Below, in pieces: positions 18,508-27,128 of a stretch of 46,152 nucleotides of DNA; positions within the stretch are counted from its first letter, which is position 1; each line of letters opens with the position of its first letter. Source of the DNA: Myxococcota bacterium. Its GTDB lineage: Bacteria; Myxococcota; UBA4151. The notes beneath the pieces were generated by a model, which searched no databases, had not been told where the DNA came from, and was given only the letters and a program-made list of their open reading frames with translations. The position numbers and the translations under genes are program-made. The DNA is taken from NCBI GenBank assembly GCA_040260805.1, contig JBDQPD010000013.1, positions 1 to 46,152 on the forward strand, written 5' to 3'.

Positions 18508-20905
18508 GGTGTCGCTCCCGAATTCTTTTGGCGGCATTTTCGTAAAGAGGCTTGAGGGTTTGCGCTGCCTCTTCAATCGAAGCCAGGAGCTGTTGATAAT
18601 GAGTCAGGTTATGCCTCATCAAGGCGTTGGGATCGTCTTCGAGATAGGTCCGTTCACGCTCGAGGCGTTGCGAGCGCTTATTTTGCTCAGCCATCCAACG
18701 CCCGTTGAGAATGTGGTCCTTGGTCAGCACCTCATTGGCGCGTCGCGCACGCTTTGACGCCGCGCGCCCGCGCCTGTGAATGCCAGGCTCGTCGCCAGCC
18801 TTGAAGCATTTCATCGCATCCTTTGCGGACTCTAAACCACGCCGTGCGCTGCGTTCCGCCTCACCTAACTCTTGAGCGCTTGCATCAAGAGAGTCTGCGG
18901 CTTGCGACCAATCGATGGTCGGAAGATGCTCGGGCGGAGCAATGAAAGGTCCAGAGCGCTCTTTATCAGGGCGCTCAGCCAGTTGCTCCAGCACCTCAGC
19001 AAGAGAATATTGGTCTGCGCCATTAATCTTGGCACCACCCTCTGTGGAGTTGATGTATTGACGCCCCTTGAACAACCGGTGCGTGAGGCACAGTTCGAAC
19101 TGATCGCGAAAGACGTTGTATTGAGACAAGGTCTGCACCTTGTCCCCGTAATAACCATCAACCTCGAGGGTCTGTTGAGTAGGTGTCCACCCTTCGCAGC
19201 CCTCAGAGTATTGCTTTCCGTCTTCGAGCGCGAGGTCCAATCCTACAAAAACGATCGGGTCACAGCCGAGTTCTTTAAGCGCCCACATAGCCACGTGCGT
19301 GCAGCTTGAAGCCACCATATCAATGCTCTTGAGGTTGTCGTCGTTTTTGAGGCGCCGGCCGATCTCACTGTCGTGAACAACCCACCGCTGTGCGACCGGC
19401 TGACCGACCACTTTGGGGTGCGTTGATTCGTGAATAAACAAAGACGTACGCTCCGGTTCGGTATCATCAAAATGGCTTGAAATATCGTTGGCTTCAATGG
19501 CGACCACGAGCTCGGGGTCAACACCCATTTTTTGGAGCTTGCCGAGCACGTGGCTGACGCCAACCACCACACCCTTCTTTGCAAACTCAGAGATCAGGTG
19601 AATGTTCTTCTTCAAGCTCGGACCGGGCGCAACCAAGAGACCAGGCAGTCCCTCACCCATACCTCGAAGTTTCCGCGCATCAGGCTCAGGCAGCAGCACC
19701 GCCGTATTCTCAAGCGAATTAGCTACCCAGTGGCGCCCCCGGCTCAAGCCGGTATGACTCTCCATATTCAGAGATAATTCAGTGTGTCCGCTCTGCTCAT
19801 GTAGCTCGGTGTAGAGCCCGGGGTCGACCGCTAACAAATTCGGGCTACTCAATCTCCGGATCCGGTCCTTGTGAACAAAACAACTACGCAGCGTCCAACG
19901 AAACTCATCGACCGAAAAACAGACGCCTGTATGTTCAGCGGCGAGCAGCTCTCGCCAGTCAGAGCAGTGTAATTCTGCCGCAAAGGCCTCGAGGTTAGGT
20001 CGCACAAAAATCTGCGGTCGGTCCTTCATTTCATCGCTTAAAATCTCAAACGCTATCGGCCCAGACAGACCCCATGTGCCCGCACAATCCCATCGATAAT
20101 GATTTGAATCACCGATGTGGCCCGTGGCAATTCGCTGCGCATCAGCCCTGGGTGAGATCATCGACCACATCCGCTGATTGTTCACGCGCGGCGCACGCAC
20201 TCCTGCGGGTCCCTCATCGATCTGATATCGGTCCTGATCGCGGCCCTCCCAGGCTGCTCTGACTTGCGATACAATCATCGGATAGCGCGCAGCCAAGGCC
20301 TCAAGATTGAGTTCATAGAGTTCGCTGCCCGAAAGACTTATACCGGCTTCAAACGTTTCGAGTTGGACTTCGGTTTCGGGGATCAGGAAACCCAACAAGC
20401 CGTTGAGTAACAAACTCCATTCAAACCTTAGGGCATCAGCAACACGGACAAAGTCTTTATCGCGAATCGCTAGAACGACGACACTTTCAGCCCCCAGAGC
20501 GAGCGCAGACAGCTCGTCAATAACTCCTGCAAGCTCTTCGCCCAAATGCTCCTTGACCTGAGACAGCTCACCTAGAATCTCTTTGGGCACGACCAGCAGG
20601 TCATCTACTAATTCGATCGGGCTCTTATGACTGATCATCGTCGCCACCTCGGTCGCTTGCTTAGGCAAACGCTCCAAGGTGGCGGCAACGCGCTGGCCGG
20701 CTTCTTCAATCCAGCCATCAAAAGTATACAAATCAAGGCGCTGGCCAGACCACTCGCTTAGCTCAAGCAGTTCATCCAGGTTGGTATCGGTTTCGTCGAC
20801 CCGGGTGCACACGACCAGTTCAAGCTGCGGGGCATCGAGGAGTTTAGACAACGCTTCAGGATCTTCTGCTTGACCCAACAAACTCTGGTCAAAATAGACT
20901 TCCAT
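18500..20905 (-). CDS. maf: Motility-associated factor (Maf / DUF115) flagellin glycosyltransferase with N-terminal extension
   Basis: LLVAPGPSLKKN, LGCDPIVFVGLDLA, INSTEGGAKING; GGAGG before ATG 20905; sits between the flagellins and pseBC. Confidence 0.8.
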   Translation of the reverse strand: MEVYFDQSLLGQAEDPEALSKLLDAPQLELVVCTRVDETDTNLDELLELSEWSGQRLDLYTFDGWIEEAGQRVAATLERLPKQATEVATMISHKSPIELVDDLLVVPKEILGELSQVKEHLGEELAGVIDELSALALGAESVVVLAIRDKDFVRVADALRFEWSLLLNGLLGFLIPETEVQLETFEAGISLSGSELYELNLEALAARYPMIVSQVRAAWEGRDQDRYQIDEGPAGVRAPRVNNQRMWSMISPRADAQRIATGHIGDSNHYRWDCAGTWGLSGPIAFEILSDEMKDRPQIFVRPNLEAFAAELHCSDWRELLAAEHTGVCFSVDEFRWTLRSCFVHKDRIRRLSSPNLLAVDPGLYTELHEQSGHTELSLNMESHTGLSRGRHWVANSLENTAVLLPEPDARKLRGMGEGLPGLLVAPGPSLKKNIHLISEFAKKGVVVGVSHVLGKLQKMGVDPELVVAIEANDISSHFDDTEPERTSLFIHESTHPKVVGQPVAQRWVVHDSEIGRRLKNDDNLKSIDMVASSCTHVAMWALKELGCDPIVFVGLDLALEDGKQYSEGCEGWTPTQQTLEVDGYYGDKVQTLSQYNVFRDQFELCLTHRLFKGRQYINSTEGGAKINGADQYSLAEVLEQLAERPDKERSGPFIAPPEHLPTIDWSQAADSLDASAQELGEAERSARRGLESAKDAMKCFKAGDEPGIHRRGRAASKRARRANEVLTKDHILNGRWMAEQNKRSQRLERERTYLEDDPNALMRHNLTHYQQLLASIEEAAQTLKPLYENAAKRIRERHHV

Positions 20906-20948
20906 GGGGACCTCCACCACGTGCATCGACACGCCCGTAGGGCGTACT

Positions 20949-21278
20949 TTAGCCACTTCCCCAATCGCCGCCCTGAGCTTTCGAGGGCAAACCGCTCGCA
21001 TAGCCTTTTACAGCGTTCAGACGCGACGCCGAACCCAGCATTTTTTGTCGGTATGCGCTGGCGGCTGCGATGACCTCTTGGTCACGCGCTAACACCTGAT
21101 CAACCAATCCATCCGGAGCAGGCTCATCGCTCGGGGTTACTGAATCGATGAAGCGTTCGCGTTCGTCGTAAAGGGCACTCGCCATATCGATGTCGCCAGA
21201 CTCAAAGGCAGTCAGCATGGTATTGCTGAGCTCGAGCAACCGGCACAGATAGTCGTGTTTCGTCAGCGTCTGAGTCAT
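20949..21278 (-). CDS. fliT: FliT-like flagellar chaperone
   Basis: Helical 109-aa protein with 'GDIDMASALYDERERFI' and 'AVKGYA'; GAGG RBS; flagellar context. Confidence 0.6.
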   Translation of the reverse strand: MTQTLTKHDYLCRLLELSNTMLTAFESGDIDMASALYDERERFIDSVTPSDEPAPDGLVDQVLARDQEVIAAASAYRQKMLGSASRLNAVKGYASGLPSKAQGGDWGSG

Positions 21279-21300
21279 GATACCTCTTTGACATAAGCAT

Positions 21301-21338
21301 AAAAAAAGACCCAGGGGCACCGTGGGTGCCCCTGAATC
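21301..21338 (-). terminator. Intrinsic terminator after flaG
   Basis: Minus strand GATTCAGGGGCACC-CAC-GGTGCCCCTGGGTC followed by T7. Confidence 0.85.
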
Positions 21339-21356
21339 CTCATTTGCCTTTTCAGT

Positions 21357-21734
21357 CTAAGCTGTGGTGGAAACAACCAGCCCCTTCCCTTCCATCAAGT
21401 TGCGCCTCATATCGAGCCACTCCTCGCGGGGGATCTGGCGAACTGTTTCGCCCGTTTCACGATCAACCATGCGGATGATCGCAGGATCTAAACCATCTTG
21501 GGGTTCCATTTGAATGTCTAACCCATGACGATCTAGTTGGGCTTGCACCTCAGCTATTTCGACCTTCAGGCGCTCCAACTGCACCGGGCCTAAAGCCCCG
21601 CTCTTTGACGCATCTAATGCGACAGGTTGCGAGGACCCTACCCGTGCACCCTTTGCTTCAGCAGCACCAGGCTGCCCTAAACGCGGGGCACGGTTTGGCA
21701 TCAGTGTAGCTTGGAGGCTTGCGGGATCAGCCAT
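21357..21734 (-). CDS. flaG: FlaG family protein
   Basis: IIRMVDRETGETVRQIPREE...GLVVSTTA; follows a flagellin gene. Confidence 0.85.
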   Translation of the reverse strand: MADPASLQATLMPNRAPRLGQPGAAEAKGARVGSSQPVALDASKSGALGPVQLERLKVEIAEVQAQLDRHGLDIQMEPQDGLDPAIIRMVDRETGETVRQIPREEWLDMRRNLMEGKGLVVSTTA

Positions 21735-21769
21735 GATTCACCTCCGTTTAATTGCTACGCATCAACCGA

Positions 21770-22606
21770 TTAGCCAAGCAGCGACAGCGCTGCCTGCGGC
21801 GAGCTGTTCGCCTGAGACAAGATCGCCGTACCCGACTGGATCAGGATCTGCGACCGAGTAAACGCTGCCGTCTCGGACGCGAAATCAACGTCTCGAATGC
21901 GGCTGTTTGCGGCGGTTGCATTTTCGATATCAGCGTCAAGGTTCGAGATCGAACGCTCAAGTCGATTCTGGGTCGAACCCAGCTTCGAGCGATACGTGTT
22001 GACTCGGCTTAGTGCGTTATCAATCAGATCAAGCGCAGCCTGAGCGGATGCAGCGGTGTTAACTTCGGCATTGGTCAGCTGAATGATGCTGTCCGCGCCG
22101 CTTACCGAAAAGTCACCCGTGACCGTCACGGCGATACGATTTGAAGCTAGATCGTCCTGACCGACCTGGAACGTAGCGATTAAGCTGGCGTTCAAGAGGG
22201 TCTTTCCATTGTAGGAAGTCGAAGACGAAATTCGAACGATCTCATCTTTGAGTTGACCAAATTCCAAATCCGCATTGCTACGATCCGAAGCGCTGAGCGT
22301 CTCATTGCTCGAGCGAACTGCGAGTTCACGCATGCGATCAAGCATGGAGCGAACCTGCTCGACGCCACCTTCAGCGGTCTGGATCAGGCTGATGCCTTCT
22401 TGGGCATTCTGGCGTGCTGCCGATTGAGCCTTAATGCGGTGTTCGAGCGTCGTCGACACAGCAAGACCAGCGGCGTCATCCGCAGCCTTATTGATGCGGC
22501 TACCAGAAGCTAATTTTGCGAGGGAGTCTTCAAACTGAGTTTGGCTTGCATTCAAGCGATTCTGAGCGAAAACAGATTGAACGTTACTACGTACTACAAG
22601 TGCCAT
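21770..22606 (-). CDS. fliC: Flagellin (copy A, 278 aa)
   Basis: LASGSRINKAADDAAGLA, SRIRDVDFASE, QAALSLLG; AGGAGG RBS before ATG 22606. Confidence 0.96.
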   Translation of the reverse strand: MALVVRSNVQSVFAQNRLNASQTQFEDSLAKLASGSRINKAADDAAGLAVSTTLEHRIKAQSAARQNAQEGISLIQTAEGGVEQVRSMLDRMRELAVRSSNETLSASDRSNADLEFGQLKDEIVRISSSTSYNGKTLLNASLIATFQVGQDDLASNRIAVTVTGDFSVSGADSIIQLTNAEVNTAASAQAALDLIDNALSRVNTYRSKLGSTQNRLERSISNLDADIENATAANSRIRDVDFASETAAFTRSQILIQSGTAILSQANSSPQAALSLLG

Positions 22607-22627
22607 GATTCCTCCTTGGATAGGCTT

Positions 22628-22648
22628 GCTCTCATATCCTTTGAGAGC
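22628..22648 (-). promoter_or_regulatory. Putative CsrA-binding hairpin in the flagellin A leader
   Basis: GCTCTCA-AAGGATA-TGAGAGC. Confidence 0.7.
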
Positions 22649-22798
22649 GTTCTGTATGGTTGTGTTGGTCTTCAAGGATCCAAAGAGCTGAAGCTCAACG
22701 GTTGCGTTTGCCCGGCTTGATGAGACGCTCGCCAGCGCCAAATCATTATGCTCTTAAAACCTCCTCGTTCGCCTGGGGACAGTTGGATCTTCAATAGG

Positions 22799-22827
22799 AT
22801 TATGAGGGGACGCATGAACGAAGTCAA
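22799..22827 (-). promoter_or_regulatory. Sigma70-like promoter upstream of flagellin A
   Basis: TTGACT-N17-CATAAT (5/6 and 5/6 matches), just downstream of the flagellin B terminator. Confidence 0.6.
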
Positions 22828-22894
22828 GACAACGTCCTAAAAACACGGCCTATTTGTTCCGATACAGATCTAAATCTCTCAATTTGCTCGAGTT

Positions 22895-22941
22895 AAAAAA
22901 CCAAAAGAGCGCCCGAAGCAAAGCTCCGGGCACTCCTCTGG
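22895..22941 (-). terminator. Intrinsic terminator after flagellin B
   Basis: CCAGAGGAGTGCCCGGAGC-TTT-GCTTCGGGCGCTCTTTTGG then TTTTTT; the G-U pairs are valid on the minus strand. Confidence 0.85.
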
Positions 22942-22959
22942 CTGATCCCGCTAGTGGTG

Positions 22960-23796
22960 TTATCCGAGTAAGGACAACGCCGCTTGAGGGCTGGCATTGG
23001 CTTGCGAAAGCACAGCCGTACCACTCTGCATCAGGATCTGCAGTCGAGTCATCTTTGATGTCTCTTCTGCAAAATCCACGTCTCGAATTCGGCTGTTCGA
23101 AGCCGTCGCGTTCTCGATATCTGCTTCCAGATTCGAGATTGAACGCTCCAGTCGATTCTGAACCGAGCCCAGTTTTGACCGATAGGTGTTCAACCGGCTC
23201 AATGCGTCGTCGATCGAATCGAGTGCACTTTGAGCTGAACCTGCCGTGTCGATTTCAGCGTTAGTGAGCGCGATAATGCTATCTGCTGCGCTGACTAGGA
23301 AGTTACCCGTAAGGGTCGCTGTAATCCGGTCCTGGGCATTGTCATTAAATCCGACTTGGAAGGTCAAATTCGAAGTCGCGTTGAGCAAATTATTCCCGTT
23401 GTACGAAGTGGTGTTTCCGATACGACTAATCTCGTCTTTGAGTTGCTGGAACTCAAGATGAGCGTTCGTACGGTCCGACGCACTCAGGGTTTCATTGCTG
23501 GAGCGAACAGCGAGTTCACGCATTCGATCAAGCATCGAGCGCACCTGCTCCACACCGCCTTCAGCGGTTTGAATCATACTGATGCCTTCGAGCGCATTTT
23601 GCTTGGCAGCAGATTGACCACGGATCCGATGCTCGAGCTGAGTCGAGATAGCGAGTCCAGCGGCATCATCACCAGCGCTGTTGATACGCGAGCCCGTCGA
23701 GAGCTTTTGAAACGTGTCTTGCAACGCATTGGATGTACGATTCAATCGAACTTGAGCAAAGACCGACTGCGGATTACTTCTTACTACAATAGCCAT
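22960..23796 (-). CDS. fliC: Flagellin (copy B, 278 aa)
   Basis: LSTGSRINSAGDDAAGLA, SRIRDVDFAEE, QAALSLLG; GGAGG RBS. Confidence 0.96.
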   Translation of the reverse strand: MAIVVRSNPQSVFAQVRLNRTSNALQDTFQKLSTGSRINSAGDDAAGLAISTQLEHRIRGQSAAKQNALEGISMIQTAEGGVEQVRSMLDRMRELAVRSSNETLSASDRTNAHLEFQQLKDEISRIGNTTSYNGNNLLNATSNLTFQVGFNDNAQDRITATLTGNFLVSAADSIIALTNAEIDTAGSAQSALDSIDDALSRLNTYRSKLGSVQNRLERSISNLEADIENATASNSRIRDVDFAEETSKMTRLQILMQSGTAVLSQANASPQAALSLLG

Positions 23797-23849
23797 TATA
23801 TCCTCCATGATGACTAGTGGCCGGCGATTCGTATCGCCAGCCGGCGATT

Positions 23850-23865
23850 GGGACGTCCTTGTCCC
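23850..23865 (-). promoter_or_regulatory. Putative CsrA-binding hairpin in the flagellin B leader
   Basis: GGGAC-AAGGAC-GTCCC. Confidence 0.65.
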
Positions 23866-23899
23866 GACAATTTATACTTAAAATTCTGTCTCTATTCTC

Positions 23900-24215
23900 C
23901 CGTGTTCCGAGCCCTCACTTAAGGAGGTCCCGTTGCTCGGGGCGGAGCTCGACCTGGGGTCGGTCCGTCCCTCGTTGAGATTGGCCCATGGCGGTTCCTG
24001 ATGGTCGGAGCATATTGCGCTTCGGCAAGCTCCGGGGGAATCCGGGTATGAGCTCGGTGACTCGAACGCCTCACTTGGGTCGCTGCGGGGCCTGCCCGCG
24101 AAGGGTTTCGTCCCCAAGTGAGTTGATCTCGTCGGCCTTGGTGCCAGGTCCAGTGAGGCCTTAGCTCGTGGTTCCTGGTCGGTCCTCGGCTGCGTGCGGG
24201 TGGTGCACGCCCGGG
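23900..24215. ncRNA. Candidate structured RNA in the flagellin C-B spacer
   Basis: Several inverted repeats (10-bp 24070-79/24113-22; 6-bp 23907-12/23935-40, 24006-11/24029-34, 24192-97/24205-10), no credible ORF, GGA-rich on the minus strand. Confidence 0.35.
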
Positions 24216-24266
24216 CGATCCTCTATTTGCTATGCTTATCTTATTCATGGGTGTTCAGCCTTCCGA

Positions 24267-25094
24267 TCAGCCGCCCAGTAGGGCGAGCGCTGCCTGCGGC
24301 ATGGCGTTTGCCTGCGTCAGAACAGCGGTGCCGCTCTGGCTCAGGATCTGAAGTCTGGTCAGCTGGCTGGTTTCCTCGGCGAAGTCGACGTCCCGGATGC
24401 GGCTGTTCGCAGCCGTTGCGTTCTCGATATCCGACTCAAGGTTGGTGATCGCTCGCTCGAGGCGGTTCTGAGTAGCACCTAGACGAGAGCGGTAGGCATT
24501 CAGGTGACTCAGCGCGAGACTGATCTGACCCAGCGCGTTAGCTGCATCAGCGATGTCGTCGACGTCACTGCCATTGATCTGGAGCGCTTCAAGCGACAGA
24601 CCTGAGGTCTGAGTCAAGGAGACACGGTCATTGACGGTGTTTGAGAACCCGACCTGGAAGGTCATGGTCAATGAACCGTTGAGGTCTGGTCCACCGTTGA
24701 AGGAGGTCGCTCGACCGACCCGGTCGACCTCGGTGAGCAGCTGCTGGTACTCGAGATCCAATGCCTGGCGGTCAGTATCCGTCAGGGTTTCATTAGCTGC
24801 CCGAACACCGAGCTCACGCATCCTGTGGAGCATATCGAGGATCTGCTCGACGCCACCTTCGAGGGTTTGAATAAAGCTAATACCCTCTTGGGCATTTTGC
24901 TTCGCAGCGCCTTGACCTTTGATCCTGTGCTCTAAACGAGTTGAGATCGCCAAGCCGGCAGCGTCATCAGCTGCGGTGTTGATACGACTGCCGCTCGAGA
25001 GACGGTTGAAGGTCTTTTCTAGTGCGCGACTCGTACGAGTCAGTCGGGTTTGAGAGAAAATCGATTGCGGGTTACTGCGTACAGTGATGGCCAT
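24267..25094 (-). CDS. fliC: Flagellin (copy C, 275 aa)
   Basis: LSSGSRINTAADDAAGLA, SRIRDVDFAEE, QAALALLGG. Confidence 0.96.
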   Translation of the reverse strand: MAITVRSNPQSIFSQTRLTRTSRALEKTFNRLSSGSRINTAADDAAGLAISTRLEHRIKGQGAAKQNAQEGISFIQTLEGGVEQILDMLHRMRELGVRAANETLTDTDRQALDLEYQQLLTEVDRVGRATSFNGGPDLNGSLTMTFQVGFSNTVNDRVSLTQTSGLSLEALQINGSDVDDIADAANALGQISLALSHLNAYRSRLGATQNRLERAITNLESDIENATAANSRIRDVDFAEETSQLTRLQILSQSGTAVLTQANAMPQAALALLGG

Positions 25095-25152
25095 GGTATC
25101 GTCCTTGATTTAGATGGCCGGCGGGCTCTTTCCAAAGACCGCCGAGTTGGAA

Positions 25153-25170
25153 GAGCTCATCCTTGAGCTC
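25153..25170 (-). promoter_or_regulatory. Putative CsrA-binding hairpin in the flagellin C leader
   Basis: GAGCTCA-AGGA-TGAGCTC, a perfect 7-bp stem. Further AAGGA hairpins at 25098-25109 (over the RBS) and 25330-25339. Confidence 0.75.
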
Positions 25171-25358
25171 AGGGTAAATTCTACCTGTTCGAGCCAAAAT
25201 GGTCCGTCTGGGTATTTCGATTCAAAGGGTTCCAGGTCGTTTTACGCCATGTCCTGGATTAGGCGTGGGAGCTGAGTCCCTATGTGCTGTTGTGCATGAC
25301 CGGTATCCTCCTTGATGGGTCCACGCCTCGCATCCTTGCTCGGCGTCTAAGTGTAGGG

Positions 25359-25763
25359 CTAGGCTCCTGCCGCCCCGTGATTACGTTGTGTTCGATTAAT
25401 GCGGATGGCTTCCACCCAAGCAGAGCGCAGCTCGCCAAGCAGATTGTAAACCGCTTGGAGATCCAGGTCTTCGTTCTGGGCGTTCGAGCGAATCATTCGA
25501 TCGATCATAAAGTCATAAAGATTGGAGAGGTTCTCAGCGATCTCCGGCGCCTTCTCCGGGCGCAGACTGTTTGCGAGCTCCGTGACGACTTTCACCGCAT
25601 GGTCCAAAGCCTTTGCCTTGCGCGCTCGGTCTCCATCCTTGAGCGCCGCCATCGCCTCTTTGAGATCTCGAAGCGCCGCATCATAAAGCAGAACCAAGAT
25701 CTGCTCAGGGCTAGCTGAGTTGACCTGGGCGCTGGCGTATGGGTTGCGTTTAGCGGGAATCAT
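25359..25763 (-). CDS. fliS: Flagellin export chaperone FliS
   Basis: ASPEQILVLLYDAA, IAENLSNLYDFM, LRSAWVE. Confidence 0.93.
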   Translation of the reverse strand: MIPAKRNPYASAQVNSASPEQILVLLYDAALRDLKEAMAALKDGDRARKAKALDHAVKVVTELANSLRPEKAPEIAENLSNLYDFMIDRMIRSNAQNEDLDLQAVYNLLGELRSAWVEAIRINRTQRNHGAAGA

Positions 25764-25774
25764 AGGGCTTCCAA

Positions 25775-27118
25775 TCAGCGCAGGCTACTGAGCGCAGAGC
25801 TCTGTTGGTTGAGACCAGAGACCATCTGCTCAAGTTTAGCGAACTGGCGCTTAAGTCGATCACCATAGGCCTCGACTCGTTCTTCCATGCGAGCGATCGC
25901 ATCGGAGATGTTGCTTGAGCGATTCGTGTACATGGTTTGACGAATCGTGAGGAACCCATCGGTGAAGGTGTAGTCATCAGCCATATCTTTGAAGCGATCG
26001 GCTAATCCGTCTTCATCCGTGATCAGTTTCATCACGCCGTCTTTGTCTTTAGCGAGCGCTTCAGCAAACTCATCCTTATCGAAGGAAATGTTGCCGTAGC
26101 GATCCTGACCGATTCCGATCATCGTGAGCGAGTTGTAGGTGCCTTCGTTGCCATTTTGACGGTTGATCAAAGCATTGGAAATCGAACCACGCAGCATTCT
26201 CGCTGTTGAATCAAAGGCAAGGACACCCGCTCGATCCTCACTGGACGACATTTTGTCTTTGAGGTTCCCAAGCACCTTGCCGATGGCTGAGGTCAGCGCC
26301 TCGACGTTCTCTGTCGTCTTCTCGCTGTCGGCTTTGACCTCCAGGCTGATCTCTTCCGTGGGCATCCCCATCTCGTCAAAGGCGGTTGTCTCGAGCAAGT
26401 TGATCGTGATCCCGGTGATGGCGTCGGTCACCTCGTTGGTGTCGCTCTGGATCCCGATCCCATCGATCGTAAACATGGCATCTTGAGCTTCTTGGTAGAC
26501 TGAGAAGTCTGCCTTGCTGCCGTCGATGTTGCTCCACTTGGCGCCCCCGCTCGAGGTGTAGTTGACCGCCTTACCGGTGTCATCAGCGGTGATCACCAGG
26601 GTGTAGTTGTTGCCGTCAAAGATCGTGGAGGCTGTCACGCCCGCCTCGGCTGAGTTGATCGCCGTGATGAACCCCGACAAGGTGTCGTTGGTGCCGTCGA
26701 TCTCGACGTCGACTGCGTCCTCGCCATCGACTTGGATCGTGTAGGTCCCGGTGCGGACCGAATCCGTGAGGCTCGTGCCGAGGGTCACCCGGTTCTTCTG
26801 CGCCTGGGCGAGCTGTCCGATGGCGAGCTGATAGCTGCCGGGGAGCGCGTTGCCGTCGCCCGTCACCGTAAACTTGTCGGTGTCGCCGCTGGTGGCGGTG
26901 ACGGCGGCTGCTTCGGAGTCCGTATCTACCCCTTCAGCTGCCGTGCGTACTTCCTTCATCAGATTGATCAGATCGCTCATGGCTGCGCTGCGCTGATCCG
27001 CTTGGACCTTCCGACGCTTGGGACCAATCTGAGCAGAGCGCTCGACTTGAAGAAGCTGAGCGATCATGGTCTTGGTATCAAGCCCTGTCGCCAATCCACC
27101 TACACTAAATCCAGCCAT
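25775..27118 (-). CDS. fliD: Flagellar filament cap protein
   Basis: GLATGLDT, QLAQAQ, AQDAMFTIDG, LKRQFAKLE; upstream of fliS. Confidence 0.92.
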   Translation of the reverse strand: MAGFSVGGLATGLDTKTMIAQLLQVERSAQIGPKRRKVQADQRSAAMSDLINLMKEVRTAAEGVDTDSEAAAVTATSGDTDKFTVTGDGNALPGSYQLAIGQLAQAQKNRVTLGTSLTDSVRTGTYTIQVDGEDAVDVEIDGTNDTLSGFITAINSAEAGVTASTIFDGNNYTLVITADDTGKAVNYTSSGGAKWSNIDGSKADFSVYQEAQDAMFTIDGIGIQSDTNEVTDAITGITINLLETTAFDEMGMPTEEISLEVKADSEKTTENVEALTSAIGKVLGNLKDKMSSSEDRAGVLAFDSTARMLRGSISNALINRQNGNEGTYNSLTMIGIGQDRYGNISFDKDEFAEALAKDKDGVMKLITDEDGLADRFKDMADDYTFTDGFLTIRQTMYTNRSSNISDAIARMEERVEAYGDRLKRQFAKLEQMVSGLNQQSSALSSLR

Positions 27119-27128
27119 GATATCCTCC

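Noticed and set aside
22607..22741. N-terminal extensions given by the ORF track for flagellin A (also glmS, pseB, flgM, flagellin D)
   Set aside because: The downstream ATGs match family N-termini and mostly have clear RBSs or stop-start overlaps; the extensions are leader or overlap sequence.
24050..24075. tRNA T-loop-like GTTCGAGTC on the minus strand
   Set aside because: The flanks do not form a 5-bp T stem and no cloverleaf can be built.
24070..24122. Hammerhead ribozyme (GGACGAAAC on the minus strand) or c-di-GMP riboswitch
   Set aside because: No CUGANGA core or GUH cleavage triplet, and the conserved c-di-GMP-I elements are not recognisable.
23878..24248. ORFs 23919..24248 and 23878..24117
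   Set aside because: Arg/Pro/Gly/Ser-rich low-information translations typical of non-coding GC-rich DNA; no motif or clear RBS.
21770..25094. Flagellin phase variation by inversion or recent gene conversion
   Set aside because: All copies are co-oriented, no invertase or hix-like repeats are nearby, and the paralogues differ at many synonymous sites.
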